DNA from: an uncultured archaeon
GTDB taxonomy: Archaea > Asgardarchaeota > Lokiarchaeia > Sigyniarchaeales > SOKP01
Assembly: GCA_964525635.1 (NCBI GenBank)
Contig: CAZGJX010000009.1
Location: 1-64,000, forward strand
Length of the DNA: 64,000 nt
Direction: 5' to 3'
The translations under genes were made by a program, and so were the position numbers. The notes below the pieces were generated by a model. It saw nothing but the letters and a program-made list of their open reading frames with translations. It was not told the DNA's origin and did not search any database. This document shows positions 20,289-29,869 of this stretch, one piece after another. How positions within the stretch are numbered: position 1 is the first letter of the stretch; each line of letters begins with the position of its first letter.

Positions 20289-21092
20289 TTATAATTCTAA
20301 TTCTTTCATTGCTTCATTAACTTCATAATTTTCATGTACAATTAAGTATAATGCTTTTACAACTTTAGTTGGATTTTCTGCTTGGAAAACATTTCGCCCA
20401 TAAGCTACACCAGCGCCCCCAACTTCAAGAGATTGTTTGGTAATTTCCAATATATTTTTAATCCCTCCTTTTTCACCTCCGGCTATTATCACGGGAACCA
20501 TGCATCCATTAACAACTTCTTTAAAGGAATCTGGATCACCAGTCCAATTTGTCTTCACAATATCTACACCTAATTCCGCGGCAACTCTTGCAGCTATTTT
20601 AACGACCTCCACATCATGTTCATCTTCAATATTCTCTCCTCGAGGATACATCATAGCAAGAAGAGGTATTCCATATTCTCTACATTCTCTTGAAACATTA
20701 CCAAGTATTTGGAGCATTTCTGGATCTGATTTTGTTCCAATATTAATATGAAGGGAGACCCCATCCGCGCCTATTTTTACAGCCTCTAGTACTGTGTTAA
20801 CTAATATCTTATAATTTGGTGAAGGACTTATTGAAATGGAGCCTGAAAGTTGTAAAATTAATCCTATATCTGGACCATAACCTCTATGAGCATATAATGG
20901 TATTCCGATATGTCCTAATACAGCATTTGCTCCTCCAAGTGCAATGTTATTAACCATATTCCCTAAATCACTCTCCAAACCCTTAATTGGACCAGCAGTA
21001 AGTCCATGATCCATTGGAATAATTATTGTCCTTCCGTTTTCTCTATTCATTATTCTTTCTAATCGGATACTTTTGCCAATATAACCAGAAAT
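20289..21092 (-). CDS. 2-amino-3,7-dideoxy-D-threo-hept-6-ulosonate synthase / DhnA-type class I aldolase
   Basis: PMDHG, AMMYPRG, ARVAAELGVDIVKT, GRNVFQ; N-terminus GKSIRLERI lies upstream of the ATG at 21050, so start placed at ATT 21092. Confidence 0.85.
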   Translation of the reverse strand: MSGYIGKSIRLERIMNRENGRTIIIPMDHGLTAGPIKGLESDLGNMVNNIALGGANAVLGHIGIPLYAHRGYGPDIGLILQLSGSISISPSPNYKILVNTVLEAVKIGADGVSLHINIGTKSDPEMLQILGNVSRECREYGIPLLAMMYPRGENIEDEHDVEVVKIAARVAAELGVDIVKTNWTGDPDSFKEVVNGCMVPVIIAGGEKGGIKNILEITKQSLEVGGAGVAYGRNVFQAENPTKVVKALYLIVHENYEVNEAMKELEL

Positions 21093-21227
21093 ATTAAATA
21101 ACCTCTTTATATATTAATTAATTTTTCAAACTGAAGAATTAAACTTATTAACTTAAATAATCGTAAGAAATATAAATTTGTTTTGAATAATAAATTATTT
21201 CAATTAATCTGATATATTTCTTAAAAC

Positions 21228-22310
21228 CTATAAAGGAAAATATCCTATAAATTCAAGACCCATTGTTTCAGGAAAATTATACATGATATTCATGCATTGA
21301 ACTGCATTTCCCGCCGTTCCTTTAATTAAATTATCAAGAGTACATAAAACAACTATTCGATTTAAATTATCATCTAATTGAAAACCAATATCACAAAAAT
21401 TAGTACCAATTATTATTTTTGGATCTGGTAATCTAAATAATCCTGTATTTTGGGTGATTAATCTTAAAAAGGGTTCGTTTTTATATGCTTTTCTATATGT
21501 TTTAAACAAAGTTTTCTCATCTAAGTTTAAATCTTCACGATAAAACACATGCGATGTTGATAATATCCCTCTAACTAAATTAATACCATGAGCAGAAAAG
21601 CCAACTTTGACATTATTATTTTGGAAAATATCTTTATTTACTAAATTTGATAATTCTTGTTCTATTTCTGCAGTATGACGATGACCTGTCATTTTATATG
21701 GACGAATACTATTAGCTCTTATGGGATGATGTGTTGATTCATTGATATGTGCACCTGAACCAGAAGACCCTGTTTTTGAATCAATTATTATATTGTTGAT
21801 ATAAATTAGACTATCTTTTATAAGTGGATATAATCCATATATAGCACTCGATGCATGACACCCTGCAACTGCAATTAGGTTTGATTTTTTGATTTCTTCT
21901 CGATGTAGTTCAGGTAAACCATATACAGCTTTATCAAATAATTCGGGATTACTATGCTCTTTTTTATAATACTTCTTATATATATCTTTATTGTTTAATC
22001 GAAAATCAGCACTTAAATCTATAACTTTTAGTCCAACATCTAATAGAGGGGGAACTATTTCCTGTGATATACCATGTGGGGTTGCGATAAAAACAACATC
22101 ACATTTTTCTTTCACTTTTTCTATATTGTAATCCTCAAATTTAAGATTTGATATTTTTCTAAAATTAGGAAATACAGAATGAAAATATTTTCCTATTAAT
22201 CTTCTGGATGTTATGTAATTTAAATTAACATTTGGATGACTACTTAATAATCTTACAGCTTCTCCTCCCGCATAACCACTCGCAGCAATAACCCCTACAT
22301 TAATCTTCAT
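21228..22310 (-). CDS. argC: N-acetyl-gamma-glutamyl-phosphate reductase (ArgC/LysY family)
   Basis: ASGYAGGE, IDLSADFRL, YGLPE, DNLIKGTAG. Confidence 0.92.
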   Translation of the reverse strand: MKINVGVIAASGYAGGEAVRLLSSHPNVNLNYITSRRLIGKYFHSVFPNFRKISNLKFEDYNIEKVKEKCDVVFIATPHGISQEIVPPLLDVGLKVIDLSADFRLNNKDIYKKYYKKEHSNPELFDKAVYGLPELHREEIKKSNLIAVAGCHASSAIYGLYPLIKDSLIYINNIIIDSKTGSSGSGAHINESTHHPIRANSIRPYKMTGHRHTAEIEQELSNLVNKDIFQNNNVKVGFSAHGINLVRGILSTSHVFYREDLNLDEKTLFKTYRKAYKNEPFLRLITQNTGLFRLPDPKIIIGTNFCDIGFQLDDNLNRIVVLCTLDNLIKGTAGNAVQCMNIMYNFPETMGLEFIGYFPL

Positions 22311-22476
22311 TGTTATCGATAGTATCTTAAAGATTTTAAATGTTTTGAATTATTTGCTAAAAAAGGTTTTTTTTTACAGCAACTCTAAAAATTAGTTCAA
22401 ACTTATGATTTCTTACAGAAATATTAACAAAGAATTTTAATAATTCTAAAATGAAATTAGGAGGATTAAAAGTAAT

Positions 22477-23085
22477 TTATATACCAAAAATTGTTTTTAG
22501 TTCTATATATACTTTTGATAGATTTGAAATAATTTGCATATTATTTTGTTGTAAATAATATCTTATATATCCAGCTAAACCCTCATTATCTTTAACCCAA
22601 TCTAAGAATGATTGAACTTCTGACTTTAATCCCGGATCAACATTTTGAGCAGTCCCTGGTGTTGGGGACCCATATTCCTTCCCAAGTTGTGCTGAAGTGT
22701 CCATATAAACTTGTTTTGTACTCATTTCACTTAAAGCTCTTGATGTATCCATCATGGCACCCCTCATATCTCCATCAGGAGAAACATAAGCTATTAATTT
22801 ATATTCATCATCTTTGGCTCCGACAATACTTCCTTCTCCTCTTATGGAGATTGCTGTCATTCTTTCACCAGTACATTGCAAAATAGAATATTTCACTCCC
22901 GAAATCTTTATAAACTGAGCATTCTGTCCAGTCCAACTTGAAATGACTTGACCTATTTCGGAACTGACATCCCAATTATCTGTTTGATATACTATCGAAT
23001 TCTTTCCTGTTACAACTACAGCGGCTATTATTGTAGGGTCCTTTTGCATCAAATTATAAACTGCTTGTTCTGGGCTAGTTGTCAT
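22477..23085 (-). CDS. Profilin-like protein with C-terminal extension
   Basis: IVYQTDNWDV, ISGVKYSILQCTGERMTA...GEGSIV pattern typical of Asgard profilins. Confidence 0.65.
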   Translation of the reverse strand: MTTSPEQAVYNLMQKDPTIIAAVVVTGKNSIVYQTDNWDVSSEIGQVISSWTGQNAQFIKISGVKYSILQCTGERMTAISIRGEGSIVGAKDDEYKLIAYVSPDGDMRGAMMDTSRALSEMSTKQVYMDTSAQLGKEYGSPTPGTAQNVDPGLKSEVQSFLDWVKDNEGLAGYIRYYLQQNNMQIISNLSKVYIELKTIFGI

Positions 23086-23182
23086 AATTATATTTTTATC
23101 CTCATATTTTAATTACAATATCTAATTTTATATTATTAAAACTTTCTATGAATATAATTTTAAAATTTTTATAAAAAGTTTG

Positions 23183-23638
23183 TTATTTATTCTTATTTCT
23201 AAAATTCAATTTTCCAAAAACTGGTTTATAGCCATTGATTTTTTCTTTTTGGGTTTGGTCTAATAAATTTTTTTCTAAGTCTTTATTTTCAGTATTAACA
23301 ATATGATGAAAATAATCTGTTTTCTTTAGTTGATTTATATGATTGTTGAGATTTTCTTTATTTTTAAAGATTTTACCACATATAGAACAAATGATATGTT
23401 GTTTAAACATTAATTTCTTGGGATTTTTTACAATAACTTTATATTTGTTATTACTGATTTTTTGTCTGGTTTTTTGACAAATATGTTTTATCAATTTTCC
23501 ATAAGGGGGGTAATTAAAAAAAATCTTCGATCCATGCGTACACTCCCAATATAATACATCTCCTCCACACTTAGAGCAATTGGTTTTAAAAGATCTAAGA
23601 TGGCAATGCTTTCCATGGCTTCTATAAAAATGTCGCAT
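23183..23638 (-). CDS. Zinc-finger protein (CxxC plus C2H2-like)
   Basis: CSKC..C.H..H.C and CSICGKIF....NLNNH. Confidence 0.65.
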   Translation of the reverse strand: MRHFYRSHGKHCHLRSFKTNCSKCGGDVLYWECTHGSKIFFNYPPYGKLIKHICQKTRQKISNNKYKVIVKNPKKLMFKQHIICSICGKIFKNKENLNNHINQLKKTDYFHHIVNTENKDLEKNLLDQTQKEKINGYKPVFGKLNFRNKNK

Positions 23639-23808
23639 TATATAAGAAGAAAGAATAAATGTATTAAAATCTTTTTATTATATAAGAAATAAAAAGATCA
23701 AAAAATCTTATTTTATTAATGGAGCAATCTTTATAACGCAAACATTTAAAAGTATAATGTTATTTATACAAATTAAAGAATTGAATTTTTTAAAGGATAG
23801 ACATATTT

Positions 23809-24717
23809 ATGTCTCAAGAAGATTCTAATTTATGCCCAGAATGTGGAAATCAAAGTCTAATAATAGATCTTTTTAGAGCTGAGTGTATTTGTAATGACTG
23901 TGGACTTGTTATATCTCAAAAAATGATTGATTCTGGCCCAGAATGGCGTGCTTTCTCCTCTGAGGAGACAAATAGAAAAGCTCGTGCTGGAGCCCCAACC
24001 ACACTAACATTACACGATAAAGGATTAAGTACAATTATCGGATGGAAAAATGAGGACGCATTTGGCAAAAAAATAAGTCCAAATATGAAAGCAGAGGTCT
24101 ATAGATTAAGAAAATGGAACGTTAGAACAAGGACTAATAAATCAATTGACAGAAATCTAGCTTATGCAATGAATGAATTGGATCGGTTATCTTCTCAACT
24201 TAATATTTCTAAAGATTTAAAAGAAGCTGTTGCTCATGTTTATAGAAAAATGGCGAATAAAAATTTGATAAGAGGAAGATCTATTGAAGCTATGCTTGTT
24301 GCTTCAATTTATTTAACTTATAGACTTAACAAAATCCCTAGAACTTTAGATGATTTTATTGAATATACATCTGTAGATAAAAAAAAAATTGCACGATGTT
24401 ATAGGTTGATAATAAATGAGCTTAAAATAAACATGCATGTTTCTTCTCCACTTAACTTTATACCTAGATTTTGTGCTGAATTAAAATTATCTGGAAAAAC
24501 TCAAAATAGAGCAGCTGAACTTTTAAATATAGCTAAAAAACATAGAATTACTGCTGGAAAAGCACCAACTGGTCTTGCTGGGGCCGCATTATATGTTGCT
24601 GCTATGCAAGAGGGAGAAAGAAGAACTCAAAAGGAGATATCTAAAGCAGCTGGTGTCACTGAAGCAACTATTCGTAATAGATATAAAGAATTAATAGATC
24701 ATATCAATCTAATCTAA
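23809..24717 (+). CDS. tfb: Transcription initiation factor B
   Basis: CPECG Zn ribbon, PEWRAF, HDKGLST, two cyclin repeats ending VTEATIRNRYKEL. Confidence 0.97.
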   Translation: MSQEDSNLCPECGNQSLIIDLFRAECICNDCGLVISQKMIDSGPEWRAFSSEETNRKARAGAPTTLTLHDKGLSTIIGWKNEDAFGKKISPNMKAEVYRLRKWNVRTRTNKSIDRNLAYAMNELDRLSSQLNISKDLKEAVAHVYRKMANKNLIRGRSIEAMLVASIYLTYRLNKIPRTLDDFIEYTSVDKKKIARCYRLIINELKINMHVSSPLNFIPRFCAELKLSGKTQNRAAELLNIAKKHRITAGKAPTGLAGAALYVAAMQEGERRTQKEISKAAGVTEATIRNRYKELIDHINLI

Positions 24718-24814
24718 AAAAAATACTCTAAAAAGGAATCAATTCTCATAGATTTTGGTCAACATCCAAAAAATAATTTGAGTTTGTAAAAAAAGCATTA
24801 AATTAAAGAAAAAA

Positions 24815-24958
24815 TTATTCCACTTTAATTCTTTTTATAACATCTGGACGTTTTTTATATAATATACGATATCCACAATGAGAACATTTAATTCCAGGTA
24901 AAGCATTTAATTCTTTTTTAGTAACTTCTTTTCCACATCGTGCACATATATATTTCAT
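24815..24958 (-). CDS. rpoP: DNA-directed RNA polymerase subunit P (Rpo12)
   Basis: 47-aa ORF below the track cutoff: MKYICARCGKEV..GIKCSHCGYRILYKKRP. Confidence 0.93.
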   Translation of the reverse strand: MKYICARCGKEVTKKELNALPGIKCSHCGYRILYKKRPDVIKRIKVE

Positions 24959-25053
24959 ATTTAAAAAAGTGTTTTTTTCCTAAAATATTTTATTATTGGA
25001 TTTAAATCTATAAAATTTTTTATTAAAAAATAGGAATAATAAGGAACTAATTA

Positions 25054-25878
25054 TTAGATATAGAGTGATTTTCTTTTATCTTCTGTGTCTACAATTTTTA
25101 AGGTTTCTAAATTCTTTTCTAATTGTTCTCGTTTAATTTGGAGATTTTTTGAAATATCATCTAAATTATCCAATGAATATTTCTTTTTAATTGGTAATGA
25201 GAATGAATCTTTAAGTAATTCTAAAAGAGTTATAGAAGCTTTTAAATCTGTTATATCTTCATTAATAATCGCAATATTATCTGTTTCTGCTAACAATACC
25301 AATCCATCTATATCAAACCTTGCCTTCGCTAATGTTGGGATTAAGCCATTCGCTCCAATTATGACTCCTTTTTGTATTTTTTCACAATTATTTTTGGAAA
25401 GAAAAGTACTCAATAGGTTTTTACAAGTTGAGGTTATATAAATTTTTGGAATTTTAGACTTTAGATTATTGCTATTTATAGGATAGGCACCTAAAGCAAC
25501 AATCATTTTAATTCCATTTTGAAAAATAATCTCACTCAGAAAATTAGAGATTTTATATATCCCTTTTGGAGTTAAACTTTGTGCATCAGCAGTTATTAAC
25601 ATTATATCTCTAATTTTATTAGGATCCTTCCATATCAATATTTCTGCTTTTGGAGCCGAAAGAAGACTATCATCAACAATTGCTCCTGCAGGATAATCAT
25701 CAAATATAATATCTATATAATTTTTAGCATCTAACTGCCCGATTAATGTATCTATAGCAAATTTACCTACATCTGCAATTCCAGGCATACCTAAAATACA
25801 AATAGGATTCATTAAATCTTCATGTGGATCTTTTAAATAATTTATTATTCTAATTCCAGATATAGCAGATTCATTCAT
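25054..25878 (-). CDS. PAC2-family proteasome assembly chaperone
   Basis: GMPGIADVGK, ALGAY, IIGANGL, LLAET. Confidence 0.82.
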   Translation of the reverse strand: MNESAISGIRIINYLKDPHEDLMNPICILGMPGIADVGKFAIDTLIGQLDAKNYIDIIFDDYPAGAIVDDSLLSAPKAEILIWKDPNKIRDIMLITADAQSLTPKGIYKISNFLSEIIFQNGIKMIVALGAYPINSNNLKSKIPKIYITSTCKNLLSTFLSKNNCEKIQKGVIIGANGLIPTLAKARFDIDGLVLLAETDNIAIINEDITDLKASITLLELLKDSFSLPIKKKYSLDNLDDISKNLQIKREQLEKNLETLKIVDTEDKRKSLYI

Positions 25879-26136
25879 TCTTTTAACCTTATATTTTATT
25901 TTCTCTCTAATTACTAATTTTCTTCATTTGTATTAAATTCAAATATTATTGAGATGTTCTTAAAAGAACATTACTACTCATATATTAAAAATCAACGATT
26001 AAATAAGATTGTAATATCCTCATAGACTTATGATTTAGTATAATTTAAAATTAAAAACCGTTATTTGTGAATACAAATAGTAAAATCACACGGATGTAAT
26101 TAGAAAAAAAAAATTATTTTAATAAATAAATTAAAA

Positions 26137-26853
26137 CTAGAGTTGCTTTTTATTAAAAACTAATATACTTATCATTAGAAAAACCGTAGTTACTATTGCA
26201 GAAAGAATTAAACAAAAAACAGCTAAAGCCAAATTGGGGTCGTTTATAGGACCAAATATATTTTCCACCCATACAGTAAAAAATGCAAAACCAATAATAA
26301 ATATAGATAATGCTTGTTCTCCAATATACAAAGATAAGATTGCTGAAGCTATTATACTTGATAATAACATTCCCAATAAAATTCCTATTGAACATGAAAC
26401 TGACATAATTGATAAAGTAATGACAATATTTTGCCAAGTTCTATTAAGATTATCAAGAGTTAGTGGTCCTGTATAAAATAAATCAATTAAATTAACAATA
26501 CTATAACTAAAAACAGTAGCAAGAACTAAGCATGTAAATACAGCAAAATATTTGCTTAATATTATTTCATATCTTTTTACAGGTCTTATAAGAAAAAGAT
26601 CATATACATGTTTATTCTTTTCACTGGTAATTGAAGTACCTAATATAACTGCTGCTAATGCTCCAGCAAGACCTGAAATTATAAAAATAGCAAAAAGCTC
26701 AAAAGAATCGTAAAATTGTACGGTATTTGGAGTAATTATATATAAAATACGCATTAAAATTACAAGAGCGGGAAGGCCAACCCATAAAATTATCATTATT
26801 TTAGATTTATAATAACCTTTTAATTCATCTTTATATAATAACCATACATTCAT
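26137..26853 (-). CDS. ABC-2 type transporter permease
   Basis: ~6 TM segments; SEK..VYDLFLIRPVKR.EIILSKY. Confidence 0.85.
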   Translation of the reverse strand: MNVWLLYKDELKGYYKSKIMIILWVGLPALVILMRILYIITPNTVQFYDSFELFAIFIISGLAGALAAVILGTSITSEKNKHVYDLFLIRPVKRYEIILSKYFAVFTCLVLATVFSYSIVNLIDLFYTGPLTLDNLNRTWQNIVITLSIMSVSCSIGILLGMLLSSIIASAILSLYIGEQALSIFIIGFAFFTVWVENIFGPINDPNLALAVFCLILSAIVTTVFLMISILVFNKKQL

Positions 26854-27797
26854 TTAATATCACCCTCCATAAGATTCATATAAATATCTTCTAAACTGGG
26901 TTTATGTACATTAAAACGACGAATCTTTACTTTTTTTTCCAAAGTATAATTTAAAATTTCTGAAATAGAATAGTCTAAATCAGATTCTTCCGTCAAGTGA
27001 ATTATTTGCATATTATTTTCTTGTTCAATAGAATCTATAAAAGAAAAATTATTAAAATTGGGGATCTCCTGTGTTTTAGCAGAATATTCAATTTTTAGGA
27101 TTTTACTATTATCTAATTCCTCTCTGAAAGCGTCTGTCGATATTATCCTCAATATCCTCCCTCTATTAATAATTGCTATCTTTGTAGCAAAATCTTCTAC
27201 ATCACTTAATATATGTGAAGAAAAGAATATAGTTACTTGCTTTTTAGCAAAATCTTTAATCATTTGCTTCACTTGAAATCTACTGGATGGATCTAGACCA
27301 GATAATGGTTCATCTAATACTAATATCTCAGGTTTATTTATAATGGCTTGTGCTAATCTTAATTTTTGTTGCATTCCTCCAGAAAGATATTTTACTTTTT
27401 TATATCTTGAATCATCTAAACGAGCTAATTTTAAACTCTCGTTTATCCTTTCATCAATAAATTCTTTTTTTATCCCCGAAAGCCTTCCAAATGTTTTAAG
27501 AGTGTGATCTACTGTACGCCACTCTTGAAATCCTACTTCTTGAGGTAAATAACCTAAATTTTTATGTAATGATCTTTCAGCTTTTACTATAGGAATATTG
27601 TTTATTAATACTTCTCCTTGAAATTCAGTTATCAATCCAACTAAAATTTTAATTGTAGTAGTTTTTCCTGCCCCATTTGGACCAATATATCCAAAAATAT
27701 CTCCTTTATCCATTTCAAATGATAAATTGTCTAAAGCTAATGTATCTTTATAGTTTTTAGTAAGATCTTGAAATCTAATGAATGATTTATTGCTTAT
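26850..27797 (-). CDS. ABC transporter ATP-binding protein
   Basis: GPNGAGKTT, LSGGMQQ, LDEP; N-terminus IRFQDLTKNY..ALDNLSF lies upstream of ATG 27713, so start placed at ATA 27797. Confidence 0.9.
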   Translation of the reverse strand: MSNKSFIRFQDLTKNYKDTLALDNLSFEMDKGDIFGYIGPNGAGKTTTIKILVGLITEFQGEVLINNIPIVKAERSLHKNLGYLPQEVGFQEWRTVDHTLKTFGRLSGIKKEFIDERINESLKLARLDDSRYKKVKYLSGGMQQKLRLAQAIINKPEILVLDEPLSGLDPSSRFQVKQMIKDFAKKQVTIFFSSHILSDVEDFATKIAIINRGRILRIISTDAFREELDNSKILKIEYSAKTQEIPNFNNFSFIDSIEQENNMQIIHLTEESDLDYSISEILNYTLEKKVKIRRFNVHKPSLEDIYMNLMEGDIK

Positions 27798-28080
27798 TTT
27801 GTATCACTTTTTAACTAATAAATGGTTCTTGTTATATCTCAATATGACTTATTTTTTAAATTTTCTGTCTTTTTAAAATCCTCTTTGTTTCACTTTATAG
27901 TCTCATAATTTATACATAACTCAATATATATAGGAATATGATTTAATGAAAATTAAATTGGAGATGAATGCTCATCAGTAAAGGCTTTTATAAATTAATC
28001 TTAAAATTCTTAATTTAATTTACTCTATTAATTAATATTAAAATGATAATTTCTTTCCTATAAGATTTAGAGTTTTTTTC

Positions 28081-28677
28081 ATGGTAAAGTTGATATATAA
28101 TTGTATGAAATGTGGGATTTGTTGTTTTGAGATTCCAGGTGCTTATCAAAAGAGGATTCCCCTCTATCCAGAAGAAGTAGAAAAATTAATAGAAGTCTCA
28201 AAACAAAGAAATATAAAATTTAATGTTATTGAAGATTTAGTATTTCCCGATATTTTAAATGAAAAAATCTTAGTAATTACTTACAAAATAAAACTAGATA
28301 ATAAAGATGAATGCTGTCCATTTTATAATAAAGATGCGGGATGTACAATCCAAGAAATAAAACCAATTGCATGTAAAGCATATCCCTTATCATTAAAACA
28401 AGAAGACGCTTTTCATTTTCAAATAAGTATCGATCCTCTGTGTAGTTTTGTTGTAAAAAATTATGATAATTTAACTAATATTGATTGGAATCAAATAAAA
28501 GAGATTTTTCAAGAAGAATACAGAAATGCAGAACTTCATTTACGTAAAAACAAGAAATTAATCCTTAAAATTAAACAATTAGAACATCTAAAAAAAATAA
28601 AAATTTCAAGAGAGATAACAATAGAAGATTTTAATTATTATTTAAAGAACTGGGAACGAGTTGAGATAACTATATGA
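28081..28677 (+). CDS. YkgJ-family cysteine cluster protein
   Basis: CMKCGICC, CPF....CTI...KP.ACKAYP. Confidence 0.85.
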   Translation: MVKLIYNCMKCGICCFEIPGAYQKRIPLYPEEVEKLIEVSKQRNIKFNVIEDLVFPDILNEKILVITYKIKLDNKDECCPFYNKDAGCTIQEIKPIACKAYPLSLKQEDAFHFQISIDPLCSFVVKNYDNLTNIDWNQIKEIFQEEYRNAELHLRKNKKLILKIKQLEHLKKIKISREITIEDFNYYLKNWERVEITI

Positions 28678-29312
28678 CTGATAAGATAGTAACCCTTCTA
28701 TCTGATGGTTTTGATAGTCCTATTGCTGCTTATTTAATGATTAAACGCGATTTTAAACCCATTTTTCTTTCATTTATTACTACAGAGCCATATAAGAACC
28801 AAATGAGAGAGAAAATAATTCTCATTATTAAAAAATTATCTAAATATTCGAAAGAAGAGTTTAAAATTTATTTTATTCAGCATTATTCAAATTTGGAGAT
28901 TATAAAAAGAAATTGTATGAGAAAATTAACTTGTATCCTTTGTAAAAGATTAATGATGAGAATAGCAATGAAAATCGGTGAAATAGAAGGAACTAATATT
29001 ATTTTAACTGGAGATATATTAGGAGAACAAGCAAGCCAAACATTAGATAATCTATATTCCTATAATGATTTGTTTATTAATTATATTAAATTAACACCAT
29101 TAATTGGTTTTAACAAATTAGACATAATAAAAACTAGTAAAAAAATAGGCTTATATGAGGTATGCTCTCAAAAATTTGAATCTTGCCAATATTTTCCTCA
29201 ATATCCAGAGACTAGAGCAAAAGTAAATGAGATCAGAATAGCGGAAGAAAATCTAGATTTTGATTATTTAATATCAAATATGTTAGAAAATATGGAAACA
29301 TTAAAAATCTGA
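28674..29312 (+). CDS. ThiI-like PP-loop sulfurtransferase (no THUMP domain)
   Basis: LLSDGFDSP, CILCKRLM, TGDILGEQASQTLDNL, PLIG. Confidence 0.8.
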   Translation: MTDKIVTLLSDGFDSPIAAYLMIKRDFKPIFLSFITTEPYKNQMREKIILIIKKLSKYSKEEFKIYFIQHYSNLEIIKRNCMRKLTCILCKRLMMRIAMKIGEIEGTNIILTGDILGEQASQTLDNLYSYNDLFINYIKLTPLIGFNKLDIIKTSKKIGLYEVCSQKFESCQYFPQYPETRAKVNEIRIAEENLDFDYLISNMLENMETLKI

Positions 29313-29693
29313 TTTTAATTCCTCAATAAGAGTTGGAAATTCATTATCTTCTAATTCTTTCTCCATATAATTATTTAAAGCTTTACTAATTACTTGTGCA
29401 ATAATATGTTTACAAAAGGGGCGTTTTCTTTTTATAATGGTATTTTTATAAAAATCATGACAAGAACAAAAGATTTTTGGATATAATAAATATTCATCAT
29501 TTTCTCCTATTGCCCTCCAAACAATTCGATTTGATGGTTTATAAATATATTTTGTTATCCCTCTTTCTATAACTTGTAATATTTTATTAGATTGTTCAGG
29601 TAAGACTTTTTCTAAATGTTCAACAAAATGCTCATTTATACATCCAATTTTTTTTCCATAATTATAAAGTTCTTTTAAAAATTCTTTTGACAT
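29301..29693 (-). CDS. SWIM zinc-finger protein
   Basis: FCSCHDF....CKHIIA. Confidence 0.8.
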   Translation of the reverse strand: MSKEFLKELYNYGKKIGCINEHFVEHLEKVLPEQSNKILQVIERGITKYIYKPSNRIVWRAIGENDEYLLYPKIFCSCHDFYKNTIIKRKRPFCKHIIAQVISKALNNYMEKELEDNEFPTLIEELKSDF

Positions 29694-29869
29694 TTTTATA
29701 TATATTTATTATCATGTACTTATAATAATACAGGTTAAAATTTCTAATATTTTAATTATTGAGTTAAAATAAAATAAATCTAATAAAAATACAAGGATTT
29801 CTATAAATCATAAAAAACATATTTTATCTATTTTATAATTAAATAAAAGAAATAAAAAAGATTTGAATT

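Noticed and set aside
25950-26100. Hairpins ATGTTCT/AGAACAT and TATTTGT/ACAAATA between the ABC permease and PAC2 genes
   Set aside because: Short AT-rich dyads that fit operators, terminators or chance; no second copy or RNA-family hallmark
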